Notes: generated by a model from the sequence alone, not told the origin. Positions 36,989-51,624 are shown, counted from the first letter of the stretch. The stretch: DNA of 64,000 nt from Vairimorpha necatrix (GCA_036630325.1 CP142730.1:930001-994000), one strand, 5' to 3'. Numbers and translations are program-made.

Positions 36989-39900
36989 CAAAGGAGACAT
37001 CTGAGCCATAAATTTGATCACCAATCGAAACTCGGCACAAAGACTATGTCCTAAGCATTTATTTTATTTGATAGTCAGTTTTTACGACACACATCTTTGC
37101 TTTAATCTCTTAATTGATCGTAATTCTGTTTAATTTTATAAACAGAGGTTCGTTCGCTCATAGACAGCATCGAATGGCCAGCGCCGAAATTATCGGGGTG
37201 TTGAGAACCATACTTTAGTATAAGATAATACATTATAAAAGTAATTTGCATTGAAGAAATATATGTATGCAAACACAACCTCTAAAACAAAATAAAGTCC
37301 AAGCACATCGTCGCAAAAAAACCTCAAAAGATTTAATTTTATCTTGTCGATGTTAAGGAATAAAACTGTATAAAGATTGGTTTAACTGGAAACTAACAGT
37401 AGTACATTATTTTCCAAATGTATCTTTATTTCCATTTTTAAAATCAAAACCTTCAAAAACTCGTTTGCAAGTTAAAAAAAAATAAACATATAATATTTAA
37501 GCTATGATTCAAATTGATAACGCAAAGAATTAATTAAATATTAATAAAATTTTACAAAAAACAAAATATTTTCTAAATGGCAAACTAGTCTTCTCAGAAT
37601 CAAATCAAGTTGAGAGTTTTTATAAACTCTTTGACTGCTTATATTAATATCTACATAGATTGCATTGTAAAAAAGAACTAGTTGACAGTTATAATAAAAG
37701 TTTTTATATTTTTTATTTGTCTGTATTATTGGGGCTTTTGCATATTTTAAAAAGCTTCTAAATAATAAAAAATAATATTCATTTTTGCCTTTTTTTTGCT
37801 TATCTTATATTTTATACCCTTCAAAGAAAAACTTCTTTTATAGTTCATTAATAATAATAGAATGTTAAACAATAAATTTATAGGCTAACGCCTTTTACAT
37901 TTAAAAACCTATTGGGAAAATTCTTTTTTATTTGTTTATTGACTCATTGGGTCGCCATTAAAATATATTTAACAGAAGATATTTATGACATCTGTTATTG
38001 TGATGTAGATCTTAACATAATATTTTCAACTACATAACGGATCAACAAAATAGTCTTTAGCAGGTTTATGTTACGGAAGCTTTTGTTATACTACATGTCT
38101 AAAGAATAATGATGATTGTTGAGAACGTGTATTTAATAAATTTAGCCTTGAACTTACAATTATCTTTAACAATGATGATTCTTCTGATAAAAAAGAAACA
38201 TTCTAGACACTTTCCGGCTTAAAAAGACAGTGTAATAAAAAAATTGATAATTCTATTAATGATTTTTATATAAAAAGGGTTGGTGATCTAAGTATATTTG
38301 ACACTAATATAAAAAACAAAAAAAACAAACATAAGTTTTTGTTATAAAAGCTTTGTAAATGGTAGAAATTTATTCGAATTAATGATTAAGAGTAAAATAT
38401 AATGATATTAGAGAATACTATCAATGTATTTGGTCAAAAAATTTAAAAATAAAAATTTAGAAGAAGTTTATACTTGTTATAATTATTTCTTGATTTCTCT
38501 TGATATACTTTAGATATTAAAAACCGCTTTTAATGTGTTATTTATCGGTAATTGGTCGTTTCTAAATAAGGCTATTATCGCTGTAAAATAACGATAAATA
38601 GAATGTCGTTTATTCGTAATGTTCATTCTTATAATACATATTTATTCATATGTATTGTGTGAGCTTTATATTTAAAAATGTAAAATTGCTAATACCAACA
38701 TACTAGCAAAAAATTAAGGCTCAAACTGATTCTTTGTTTACTATTTATAAAGTGGAAATCACATATGAGTTAACAATTTTTTTAAGACAACTCATAAATA
38801 AGATGAAACTATTTTAAATTATAGTCACACGATTTTTGTATTCAAACTTTTCATAACAACATCACATCATAATTTCATAGGTTTATTCGTTATATTATTT
38901 TGCAAGATAGCCTACGCTCAATACTAAATTTAATCACTCTAGAAAAAAGTTGTATTTAATTTAAATTTAAAATCTTTTTAATTATTATATTTTTAAGGTT
39001 GTTTTGCATTTATAAATCAAAATTTAATAAATTTCATAAATCTACATGAAGTTAATTTAAATAGTTAAACGTAAAGCTAAGAATAAAAAAAAATATAAAG
39101 AAACAATGGAATACAGATTTACAAATTTTTTATAATTATTATGCATAAAACTTAGTTGTTAAAAGATTTTTAGACGGTCACTTTTCGTTGTAATCTACAT
39201 GGAATTTTTACGCAAAGAAAGTTTTATTTTATTCAATAACAAAACATTTATTTGAAAATCTATCACAAATGAATAAGCCCATATTTTAAAGGTCATTATT
39301 TAAGTGTTACTATAAAAATAAAATTTTGCTGCTTAGGTCCTAATTATAATATCTTGTTAAAAACAATAATAAAGTTTTACACAACACACTTTAGCATTGC
39401 TCAAGGACTATTTTATACCGAATTATTTCTGTAGCTTATAGCGAACGCATGCTAAAAGTGTGACATTATTACACGGCCTTAAAATTTCGTTTTTGTAGTT
39501 ATAAAAAAAATATCAATTTGGTTAATTAAATAGAGAAATTTTTTAATACTAATTAAACACAACGAATTTAGAAAAAAAAATCTTCTCTGAGTTTGTAACA
39601 TTTTTTATAATTGAGTATAAGTAAATTCATTGGTTTATATATATTATTATTTATATTTTAAATTGGAAAATTTAAAAAATACTAAAAACATGATTAAAGA
39701 CTAGTTTTGTAATTATATTTCGAATAAAAAACGACCAAAATAATATCTTATTTTATATCTTATTACAATTTAAAAAATTGATGTTTGAAATGAATATGAG
39801 AAAATTTATTCAAAGTCAAAAATTTTAAAATAATTATTACAAGAAAAAATATGAAACAAAACAAACTTTGGTTATTATTTGTACTTTATTATGTACATGT

Positions 39901-41370
39901 TGTTCGCTTATATTTAAGTTGGTTTTTCTTCTTTATATAAAAATTTAAACTGTTTATAAAGGTATTTTCCTCAATAAAGCTTATGTTCGATGAAAAAAAA
40001 AAATAAAGACCAATAATTTAAGAATAACATTAAAAAATTTGTTATATTATAAAACTCAAAATGATTTATTCCTTAAAAACAACTTAATCCATGAAGATTA
40101 TTTTGAATTTATTTATATTGTTCGTCTTATCTACAAAGTCAACATATGTTAAAAAGATCACTTTTATAATAATATAACTGCAGATGTTTTTATTAAAAAC
40201 CACTTTTTTTACAATAAAATTGTGTAACAATACATATTATCTTAATAGTATAATTTTAGATCAATTTCACATGTTTAACGATTTTTCAGAAGATTACGAC
40301 AGATATTGAAAAAAAAGGTCATGTGCTTAAAACAAGTAAAGGCGCATACAACTATAAAAGTATAGACTAATACGCCAATAAAATAGAAATAATAAAGTTT
40401 TAAACATCAAAAGATTTAATTAGATCTTACATAACGTATAAACATTTTTTTGAAATATTTCAAAAATTAAGTATCTAAAAAAAATCTCATTTTATTACAT
40501 GTATCGGCTTAAAGTTAGCTTTCCGTACATTACAAAACTATGTTTCAATTAAGCCAATTTATGCGATTATTAAAGAAAACATACAAACAATAAACCTAAT
40601 ATTTTATCAACATAAATCGTTCATATTCTCTAGTTCTTGATCGTCACTCGTTTCATAGACAACTAACTTGTACGTAATATTTACAGTTTATATATTTTAG
40701 TGTTGAAAACATAATAGACACATATTTAACTCTCAGGAACAACCAGAAATTAATAAACTTTTCTAAAAATAACATCTATATGACAAATTAAAAAGACTCA
40801 ATGGTTACCAACGTTTCCAAAATGCCAAAAATACTCATAAAAATTAAAATTTACTTTTGGTATTTTACATAAAATATGAGAAATTTTTGTAGAAAAAGTG
40901 CAAATGGAATCTAAAAGCTTTTAGAGAAATATTTGTTTTAATACTTTAAAAAAATTATTAAAACTGCATAATTTCTTGTTAAAATAAATATATTAACATT
41001 TAATTTTTTTATATTTTTAAAATCTGTAATATTGTCATTTTTTTTGTAATTTTAGTAACAAGACAAAACTAAAAACAATTAATAGTTAAAGACCTTTTAC
41101 AAAAAAAGTATATGCTTTTATCATAAAGACATTTTAAGGCTCTAAATGTGTTTTAAATATGATGATTATATTTGTACAAACAAAATTGTCATAATTTTTT
41201 TAATATTACCATGCTTACTTCATATGGTTTAATTTAAAAAATACGTATTATTGACAAATTTGTATCTTTTTTACATGAAAAAAACAATTAAAAACTATAT
41301 ACACGTTTACTTATCTAAAAATTTTAATAGTTATTAAAAATTTTGTAAATAAATATTATAAAGCCTATCT

Positions 41371-42738
41371 TTATGAGGATATAAAAACTAAGTTTTCTCT
41401 ATAATGTTTACGCTTACGAAATTTGTATTTGAACAAAATGAATACTATTCCAAATATTATAGAAATTATAAAAATTAAAGCAGCTGCAAATCCCCAAACT
41501 CCCATATAGCTAGTTATGATGTTGAATTCTGTATTAGCTGTATCGAAAATATTTGGCGTTTCTGTAGTTTCAAATGTTTGTACTCTGGAAGATTTTTCAT
41601 TTATAACTGTATTTATTTCTGGAGCATACGTGGAAACAAGACTTTCTAATTTAAATATTGGTTCAGAAAGTTTCTGTGATTCTATACTCAAAGTTTTAGT
41701 AGTATTTTGTAATCTTTCATTTTGATCAGTTAGGCTATTATTATTAATATCTGTGGAAATATTTTCAGTGACATTAAGTAATTCTTTACTAGTTTTTGTT
41801 GAATTATAGTGCTCTGCTGCAATATTTTCACCAATATGATCATAATTTTCATCGATTATTTTATTTATCTTATTAATTTCTGCAATACTAGTTTTAGTAA
41901 TATGCTCAAACTCTTCACTAAATGTTTTAGAAATGTTATTTATTTCTGAAATATGAGTTTCATTCGTAGTATCATAATCGCATTCATTATCGATAAACAT
42001 AGAGATATTATCTATCTCAGCAGTAAGATTTTCAATCATATTTTCTCTAATAAATTTAGATATCAGATCATTTGGCAAGTAAGATATAGTCGAACTTAGA
42101 CATTCTGCTTTAGATAGTTGATCACTATCAAATTTTAAAAATTTTTTAAAACAATCCAAATCTACCGTCTCATTTAAACAATTTTCAGCAAGGTTTAATT
42201 CACCTTTACAATATTTTATAACTGGCAACGGGATATTATCACTTATTCCATCTTGGATAAAACAAGTATGTTGTCTAATAATTTTTATAATAGCTTTTGT
42301 TGTAAAATCGGCACTATTTATGACATCTTTATAACACGTACGTAATATATCATATAATATTGTAGCGCTAGATACTATTTCAGTTATAAAATCGTTTTCT
42401 GCTTTCGAAACAGTTATATTAGGATTATAATCGCCGTATATTAAGAATTCAAAAAATTTCTCTTTCATTATCTTACTTCTTAAGGCGAAACTAATTTCTG
42501 AAGTGTCATTTGAAGTCATTCTTGCAATTATTTCATGATTTGTAATTGCGTTCCAAACTAAATCATGGAAAATATGATATTTTAAATCATACGAGTAATT
42601 TACATACAATTCTGTAACCAATGGGTCGCAAATATCGAGGCCATTAACAGCTTCTTTCAGGTAATCATCAACATTTATACTGGTTTCTATAAAATTTTTA
42701 AAAAATATAACGGTATTTAAATAAAATGTATATCTCAT
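41371..42738 (-). CDS. Cys-head surface-protein family member (455 aa); paralog of 22858-24234
   Basis: Start revised from 42819 to 42738 (CCC-ATA-ATG, MRYTFY aligns with MRYPFY). Same repeat stalk, TM helix and tail. Confidence 0.92.
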   Translation of the reverse strand: MRYTFYLNTVIFFKNFIETSINVDDYLKEAVNGLDICDPLVTELYVNYSYDLKYHIFHDLVWNAITNHEIIARMTSNDTSEISFALRSKIMKEKFFEFLIYGDYNPNITVSKAENDFITEIVSSATILYDILRTCYKDVINSADFTTKAIIKIIRQHTCFIQDGISDNIPLPVIKYCKGELNLAENCLNETVDLDCFKKFLKFDSDQLSKAECLSSTISYLPNDLISKFIRENMIENLTAEIDNISMFIDNECDYDTTNETHISEINNISKTFSEEFEHITKTSIAEINKINKIIDENYDHIGENIAAEHYNSTKTSKELLNVTENISTDINNNSLTDQNERLQNTTKTLSIESQKLSEPIFKLESLVSTYAPEINTVINEKSSRVQTFETTETPNIFDTANTEFNIITSYMGVWGFAAALIFIISIIFGIVFILFKYKFRKRKHYRENLVFISS

Positions 42739-43154
42739 TATGGGTAGTGGAAAAAAATTATTTGTATATAAATATAAGTTGACCTTAAAAGTTTGTATAT
42801 CTTTTTGTACATTTTTCATAATTTTTGGTATTTTAATAAAATTTTATGTTTTTAATATGTAAAATTAAGTATATTGGATTTTGACACGTCCACTTTTTCA
42901 ATTAACAAAATTTAAAATCGGCTAAACAAAATCTTTGTAATAAAAACATAACTTTATTAAAAATTGTATATTACTGTAACGAAAGATTCTAAAATAAATG
43001 TAACTCGAAGATACATTTATTAAAATAAAAATAAGTCATATATGTCTCGTACATTGAAACACATTAAAACGTATCTGAGATAAAAAAGACAGACATAGTT
43101 TAAATTTATGCAATTTATACATTTTTAAATACTAAATAAAAAAAATCTAAAAGA

Positions 43155-44198
43155 GGAGCTTCTTTGGTCTTCGATCAGATTAATAACCCTTGTAGTGAAA
43201 AATTAGGCAAAAATACTACAAATATAATTCAATTGAAAAAATTAGATAAGCATCAAGATAACAAACATAAAACTTATTTATTCCTGTTCAATATACTTAA
43301 AAATTGACTAAACAAAAATATTATAAACCAAGTATCTATTTCTTAGACTTAACTCCATGTTTTTTGTTTAAATTAGATTTTATAAGAAAACAAAGGTTCT
43401 CGATATTGTTGGTATAAGTTCCATCTGGAGATTTGAACCCGAAAAGAGTTTAGAAATATGTTGAGACAAAGATGTTATGCCACAGCTGAAAAATTTGCAT
43501 GATCATCACTATAAAATTTAACTTATACCTGTTTTACATTTTAAATCGCTTTATAACACTGGTAGTCATATTATCCAATTCGTAATTTAAAGCTTAGGGG
43601 TTAACAGCTTTTACTATGCACTAAACCCAAATTCTAATAGGAGTTGAATGATCAAACTTGTTGGATATCTTATTTTACATCTTCTCAAATAACAGACTAA
43701 CATATTGAACAATTTTACCTGGTTCACCAATAATTGATCTTTTAGACATTCTATTTTTAAAATTTCTCTAAGTCGCTTTTTTTGCATAGCAACTGTCGAT
43801 GATAATACTCCAAAAAACACTTCGATGTAAAATAGACCTTCTATATCGAATTAAAAATATTAATTCGCAGTATTTCTTCAAAAAACTCTTTTTTTTATTT
43901 ACTAATACGTTTGCACTGCATTTTAGTTTGTACACTTGTATGCTGCTCTTTTAGTCCTTCTCTCATTTTATATTAATGATTTTACTCAATTTAAAACACA
44001 TTTTTTTGCATAATCAACAAGTCTAACCCAAAAAATGGGTCTAAAAAACGTCAAAACTGTAAAGGCCGCTGTATTGGCTTGATTTTTACTTTCGTGCTTT
44101 TCTTCGGTATTCGATCAGAAATTTTAGTATCAGAATTTTCAATTTTTAGGGGTTCAAATTTTTTAAAAAAAATCCCGATCGAATACCAAAAAAGCACT
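43155..44198 (-). mobile_element. Decayed Merlin DNA transposon
   Basis: Imperfect TIRs GGAGCTTCTTTGGTCTTCGATCAGATT / AATCCCGATCGAATACCAAAAAAGCACT. Minus-strand remnants IGEPGKIVQ and FKSPDGTYTNNIENL. TSD is weak. Confidence 0.75.
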
Positions 44199-47100
44199 AT
44201 AAAAAAACATATTTATTTTTTTATTAAATAGACAAAACAAATGTAATAAAATAATAATATCTCTATCTTAATTTTGTTTTATCTTTGAGTAACAACAATT
44301 AATTTAAAGCATCTGTAACTCAAGTGCATATAGACCATAATCAAATTAAAAAAAACATTATTAAAAATCTTTTGCACATAATTTATTCGTATACAGAGCA
44401 ATTATTTTTGTTATATTATCGAATATTATTTTTTGCATTTGAAATACCAACAGTTGTAATAATTATAAAGGTGCTGGTAAAAAATATTTTATATATAAAT
44501 AAATTGCGTTAAAAAGTAAGTATAGGGGCAATTGACACGTAAGATATATCTTTAATTTTTTTTATGGTCTCGATTTTAATTTAGCATTAATATCAAAAAT
44601 GTTCTTTTCAAAAATATAACTTGATTTTTTTCTATTTGTTTTTTATTGAAATATCATATATATATATATATATATAATATATTTTTGTCGAGATTACAGC
44701 CGAGCAAGATCTAAATAAATGAAGGGTCTATTTCGATAAACTATCATTTTATTGATCATGTATAAGATATAAAGAAATCGCATTCATATAGTCTTATTAA
44801 TTTTAAAATTGTTTAATACATTAATCATTTATCTGAACGATTAAAACATTTTTTGAAAAACAAATCAGAGAAACGACGATTGCCTGCCTTATGTAATATT
44901 TTGTCTCAAGAGAACAACATAAAATTATCTTTTGTTTGATTAAATGAAATTATTGCATTTTTGCTATTACTTTAAATTTTTATGGTTTATGAGTATTTAA
45001 ATTATATACGAAAATTGATTTAGTTTTGATTGATACATAAGTTCTTCACTATTTATTATATCATAACAACTTTTTCCACATTTAATTTGACATATTATCC
45101 CTTCGTTTATTATTATAAACATTTTTATCTAAACCATTACATTAGAAATTTGAATCAAATTAATGCTAAATGGAAAATTTTTTATAGATAATTCATACCA
45201 CTAATATTCTATATTACTATTTTACGGTAAGATATTGAAATATGACATTTATAAAAAAAAAATCGCTTTTGACCTTCACAAAAATAGTTTAATACAGAAA
45301 AAGAATGAAATGGTCGTATCATAGAAGAGACTATGACGTGATTTTTCAGCTTAATATTCTTTCTTTTAGATACAAAGATTAATAAAAATCTGTTAAAACA
45401 AATAATATATTATAGCAAAAAAATTTTACCTTTGAATGAACTTTAAAGCTTAAGTTATAATGATTTATTTCTTTATAAAATTGCGAAGGACAAACTCTTA
45501 TTTTAAAATTATTTTTGTGATTTTATTACTTAAAAAGTGTATTAACTCTTTTTTTGTGCTATACTTATGTATATTTTATGTAAGAATTCTTTTCTTGATA
45601 AATGAAAAAAGCCTTTAAATTTCAAAATTTTGTATCAAAAGTAAAGACACTGTGTTATTTTATGTGTTTTTTTGATAAGACTTCAAATATGTATACTTTT
45701 TCAATTCAGAAAAATTTATCAAAAACACATTAGATCATTTGATTTAAAACATTCTTATATTTAATTGCAATAATGTTTTTCATTCTTGATTATCAAAGAA
45801 TACTAGTGAAAAATTTTTATTGTACGACATTCTATACCTTTATGAGAAGTTTTATCGATTTTAAGTTTAAAACAGACATATCATTATCTTTGTATATTTA
45901 TGCTCAGATATTATTGGTTTTATATTAATAATTATATATGCCAAATTCAAGATCACTGTTTTTGTTCTGAATATTTTATACGCAGTTTTAACTATTAATT
46001 AATACAGCGATAAGCTATTAAAATTATAGATAAATGATTTATAAACTAAAATTTCACCACATCGAAATATAAATACACTTGTTTTGTTCTAATTAATTGG
46101 ACAATAAACAAATTATCATGTTTTATAGTTAAAGCTTAAATATTAAGTCTTTTATCTTTTACCTTTCATGGTTGTCTCGACGTTATTATGAAAGCACAAA
46201 TAAAACTAAAAATAAACTATAAAATTTATTAGACCATTAAATAAAAAAAAATTTGTATTTAAATGTCAGAGACATCATTTCAATTCAAAAAAACCAAAGT
46301 TTCACTCTTTTGCATTTTTTTAAAGATTTATTCCCAAAAGTATTAATGTTTTCAGGATCTTTATATCGCAATTTATAAATCTTTTGTTAAGGTTGTAAAA
46401 AAAGTGGTCTGTCGTATGCGAATTATGAGTTAAAATTTGAGATTCTGCTATTAGTGATTACAAATCAACTTTATGAGATATTTAGCTACGAAAATCATAG
46501 AATCTTGTCTCTATGCTTTTAAGCTAAAATGTCAATATCAAAATTTTCATCATAAAATCTAAATCTCCTGATATGGATATAACTTTACGCCTGTTCTGTA
46601 TCATTAGAAACTCAGTGTTACGGAATAGTATTTAAAAATTATGTATTAATATATTTATTAAGATTTCTTTCTTTCTCTTAAAATGAGACACTCAGTGAAA
46701 ACTTCTTATTACGTTTATTTTAAATCTTTAACTAATTGTTAACTTCGTATAACAATAATGCCTTAACATTTGTAGACATATTACTAATTTTTTTGTTTGT
46801 TGCTTAATATGCATTGAAATGTCGTCGATATATATTTGTCAGATAATTCTACGACATCTGTTTTCTTTGGTTAGTCTCTTACTTCCTACATACAAAATTA
46901 ACTATTGGCTAGTTGTATACATGTTTATATATCAAAAAAATATTCTATTTTTTAATTATTTTGACAGCGCCAAAGCGTAGTCGATAATTGTTTATATTAA
47001 ACATTAAAGAAAGCTATACGAATTATATTTTTAATTTCATTTATTATGACAAAAGATAAAAGGATGTTTTCAGCGAAAAAAACTAAGAAAAATAATTAAG

Positions 47101-47648
47101 GACAAATGTTAAATAATAAAATTTTATATGCTTTTGTTCACATATACTTTCTAATTTTAGTAAATCGATTATAAACATACACAAAGTTTATTTTGACAAA
47201 AAATATTACAAAACAATTTTTTTAAAAAGCGTATTTTAAGCATTGGAATTGAACAATATGATTAAATTCTCGAATAATATAATTTTGTAGAAAAACTACA
47301 TAAAATTTATAACGTAGGTAATGTAGAACTAAGTTATTAAAATATAAAAAAGTAGAATAATATGATCAAGAATTTTTTGAAAAGTATTAAATCAAAATTT
47401 TTTGTTCAAATCGATTAATATTTTCCATATTTTTGAACAATATATATTCGATATTAAATGTTTTTTTTACAAAAAAATATTTTTGGCTAAACTTGTTTAG
47501 AATTAAAATAAGGGATTACATCAAAAAAAATAAAAACTACTTTCTTATATTTTTTTAAAACGTAAAAACGCAAAAATAAAATAAATCTCATAACATTATT
47601 TTTTTTAATTAATATCAAAGACTCCCAAATAAATATATTATAACTTTA

Positions 47649-48560
47649 TTAAGAATAATTAGATACTTTAATTCTACATTTCTTAGATCCTTTATTAAAA
47701 TATATGTAACCCAAAAACATAAAAATCATGCCGATTATAATAAAACTTAAAAGATATATAAACCCAGGTCGTTCCCAGAATTCAATGTGATTAGCTTTGT
47801 TGTTCATGGTTTCTGTTGAATTAAACGCAAATACACTAGAATTATTAGTTATATTGTTAAATTTGTTTATACTATTATTTAAAAAACTTTCGCTTTCTGA
47901 GTATTCATTATCTACTGAGCAAAAAGCTTTTAGGACCTTATCGTGTTTTCTGTTAGCTTCATCGACTATATATTTCAGTCCTGTTGTTCCAAAACATTTT
48001 ACAAAATTAAAACCTAAACCTTTACACATTTTAAAAACAGGTAATGGTAAATTTCTACTTATACCATTCGGTACAAAACATGTATGTAACTTAATTATAC
48101 CTCGTATTGTTTCTTCTGGATTTTTACTATCATTTATAATATCTTTATAACACATACGAAACATATCAAAATATTCAATCGCTCCACTTTTCAATTCCTC
48201 GATAAATTTTCTTTCTGGTCTTATAAGAGTTTTCGATATGTTAATATCCCAATTTTTGAGACTTAAATTAGACAAATAAACATCTCTTAACTGAATTCTT
48301 CTATTTGAAAAACTTCTCTCTGAATTATCATCTTGTGTTAATCTTTTAAATATTTCAAGGGTTGTTACCGTATCCCAAATAAATTCACTGAATAAAATAC
48401 CATAGTTTTCTGGCAAATTATGATTATTAATTTTGCTATCTAATGATTCACATACATTGGTGCCATTAATAACAGAATATAAAAAATTGTCTTCGCCATT
48501 AGATTTTACCACACCTAACATGAAAAATACTGAACCACAAAAAATTTTCAATAATCTCAT
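47649..48560 (-). CDS. Cys-head surface-protein family member (303 aa, short stalk)
   Basis: Start revised to the ATG after CCC-TTT (the ORF track used TTG at 48569). Family motifs, TM helix and tail present. Confidence 0.92.
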   Translation of the reverse strand: MRLLKIFCGSVFFMLGVVKSNGEDNFLYSVINGTNVCESLDSKINNHNLPENYGILFSEFIWDTVTTLEIFKRLTQDDNSERSFSNRRIQLRDVYLSNLSLKNWDINISKTLIRPERKFIEELKSGAIEYFDMFRMCYKDIINDSKNPEETIRGIIKLHTCFVPNGISRNLPLPVFKMCKGLGFNFVKCFGTTGLKYIVDEANRKHDKVLKAFCSVDNEYSESESFLNNSINKFNNITNNSSVFAFNSTETMNNKANHIEFWERPGFIYLLSFIIIGMIFMFLGYIYFNKGSKKCRIKVSNYS

Positions 48561-48724
48561 AAAGGGCAAATTTTTTTTTGTTATTTATATAAAGCAAAAT
48601 ATCTAATTTAAATAAAATATTTTTTGATTATTAAATTGTTTAAATTTTTGCATCTTCTTACATACAAATCAATATCTTCAATTTTAATTAGGTATATTAA
48701 ATTTTACGCAAATTAAATGTTATA

Positions 48725-49120
48725 AAATATAAAAACAACCTCCATGCAGTAGAAACAGAAAAGAAACATAAATACGACTTGCTCGCAAATCATGTGGCTT
48801 CTCTCTACAAATACAAGCCGAAAATTATTCCTTATGTGATGACGTGGGATGGAATAGTAACTAATTTTCACCGTACGCATATCAAAGTGCTCAAATAAGA
48901 ACCCAGAACGAAAGCATATATACAGTCAAGAGTCCTTAAAATGACTTTAGAAAGCCTAACTATGTCAGCCAGACATGGGCTTGATACAGATCAGGAGGGG
49001 GTTTGAGAGCCCAATGAGTGAATCTCAAAAGGAAGTCCTGGAACTGCCAGATGAGACTGTAAGCGTATCTTGTGAAAAGTAATTAATAAGCCGAATATTA
49101 TACCCAAATAAATTATATAT
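48725..49120 (+). mobile_element. Non-LTR retrotransposon 3' fragment (REL type)
   Basis: NNLHAVETEKKHKYDLLANHVASLYKYKPKIIPYVMTWDGIVTNFHRTHIKVLK*...KAYIQSRVLKMTLESL, homologous to the fragments at 14251 and 14637. Confidence 0.82.
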
Positions 49121-51624
49121 TATAAAATTCAAAAAACTTCAAGTTTAAAAATGTTTTAAAAGCATATTTTACGTTTTTTAAAATAAAACTAAATTCATTA
49201 AATATTTAATTTCAAAGTCGAAAAATTTATAAAAACAAAAATTATAGTAAAAAAAAATAAACCTAGGATTTTTTTAAAGATTTTAAGATTTTTAATTTCT
49301 AAGCAAATTTGTAATAAATGTAAAACAATAAAAATAATTAGTTTTGTGTAAATTAAAAATCATAACGATTCTAATGGTGGATTTATACGTATATAAAGCT
49401 TAGGAATTAGGTTTCAATATAAATTTAAATATAATTGCGCACGGAGAAATTTTAAAAACATTATTTAAATAGTTTAAGAGAAGTCCTACTCTATCAATGA
49501 CTTTTGTCCATTTTTTATATTATTTATTTCTAAAAAACTTTTGCAAAATTTCATTTTAATTTATTTATCAAAGAATTACAATTTTATTTTTACTAAAGTG
49601 AACTAAGTCCTAATCAAACTTATTACAATGTATTTTGTAAAAAAATATTAATTTTTAAAAACATGATTTTTAATTTCTAAAACATAATTTATTAAATAAA
49701 TTCTAGTATTTAAGATAGATATTATTTTTATAAAAATAATTAAATAATTTTTTAAAGAACCTTTATTTAAAAAACATCATTTTTTAGAAAAAATATCTTT
49801 GTAATAACTAATACATGTAGATTTTGTAAAAAATTGTAAAGATAAATGCAGTTATAAAAATCTCAAAATTGATATAAAATTTTTATAAGCGTTATAATCG
49901 AATTTATAACACAAGAATTTTTAAAAACAAAACACAAATGCTATATAATATTCTAGTGTACGCTATTTTAAAATAAAACTCCAATTAAATTACAAATTTA
50001 ACTGTAATTTTGAAAATTTGACCTATATTAATGCGTCTCTTTTTATCATCGAATTTATTGTTTATACCTTACATTTAATGTTTTACATTAAAAAAGTTCG
50101 GGTATAGTTATAAAAAATTTTATTACGGATTAATAGGTCTAAAATGATGTATAATTTTAATTATATATTTATTCTTCGCCAGATGATCATTCAATCAGTT
50201 TACAAAATATATAAATTTCTTAATCAATCTAAGAATACTTCTCATAATAAAATATACGGACCACGAATGAATTATACATTTAGTTAAATCTAAATTTTCT
50301 TATATTTTTTTTGCTTAGAATTTATAACATGTTTTATTATGGTAATTATAAAAATAACCTAAAATACAAAACTCTCGTTGTCAACTATAAAAAATGTATT
50401 TTATTCTTGTAAAATACATCAATCATTTTTTTAATACATTATTTTTAAATTTTGAAATTCGTAGAAGATTTGAAAAAGTAAATTTAATACAGTCTCATAA
50501 TAAATTACCATAGCATTATTTTTCCTTTTTTAACGAATTGTAATCTGAAAGAATTCGACGAGAACAAATTAATATATAGATTAATAAAACATTTCTTTTG
50601 CTTGTAATTATTTATTAAAAACACATAAAATAGATAATTTTTTTTAATTTTGATCAAATATAAAAAAAATGTGTTATTATTTGAATATTCGAATAGATTT
50701 TTTTTTAACATATATAACACATTGTTTTTGTTTTTATATAAAGAATAATTTACGACATGATCGTAGTCATTAAAAGCTTTATAATTTACTTAATGTTTCT
50801 TTTTATTTTTTTTAATAAATGAAATGCTGTTAGTGAAATATCTTATTAATTTAATTGTCATTGAATGGTATTTGCGACAAAATCAAAAAAAAACCTTTTT
50901 AATATAATTATTTTTTTAAAAAATTAGTAAACAGGAATACAATATCATAATGTATTCTGAATCCGATATTTTTGATCTTTTCTCAAATTAAAATAGAATT
51001 AAATTTTCCGGTACAAAAAGTGTAAACAGTGAATAAAGTATAATGCTTATTTTGAAGATGTTTATATGTACAGTATAAGTTTCACTGTTTAAGTCGACTT
51101 TTAAATGACAAATTGATAACATATAACTTGTTTACATAATTAGTTGTAAAAATAGACAACTTAACTCTATGAATTAAAAAAGCCACGAAAACTTACAATT
51201 TTAAGTATATTTTCTTTATAACATCACAATTTCACCTGCAAATAATTAACTTAAATATCTTATGCTTATTACAAAATGAAATGAAAATTTCTGAAGCAGA
51301 TTATAAATAAAAATTTACTTAACATTGTAATATCTAGTTTAAGCAAAAATATTTTATTTTTCTATTTATTATGCTCTTTGAACAAATTGTATAGATTTAT
51401 TGTTATTTGACGTAACAGACTTTTTTATAAAACAAATTAGACAATAAAAATTATAATCTATTGAACTCCGGATGTTTTATAAATTTTTGATCATTTAAAT
51501 TTATTCATATACAACATTATTCATGTGTAAGTATTAGGGAAAAAAACTATATACAATTTATTTTTCATTACAATAATAAAATTTTTTGAAAATATGTTTT
51601 TTTGAAAGATAAAGTAGTCTCAAT

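Noticed and set aside
36997-37260. GC-richer stretch beside the Merlin, possibly a solo LTR or other TE remnant
   Set aside because: No termini, TSD or second copy found in the window.
37810-38400. Possible decayed gene following a CCC motif
   Set aside because: Could not align it to the surface family or any known motif.
42739-42819. 27-aa N-terminal extension in the ORF track (similarly the TTG starts at 48569 and 53580)
   Set aside because: Paralog alignment and the CCC motif place the start at the downstream ATG.
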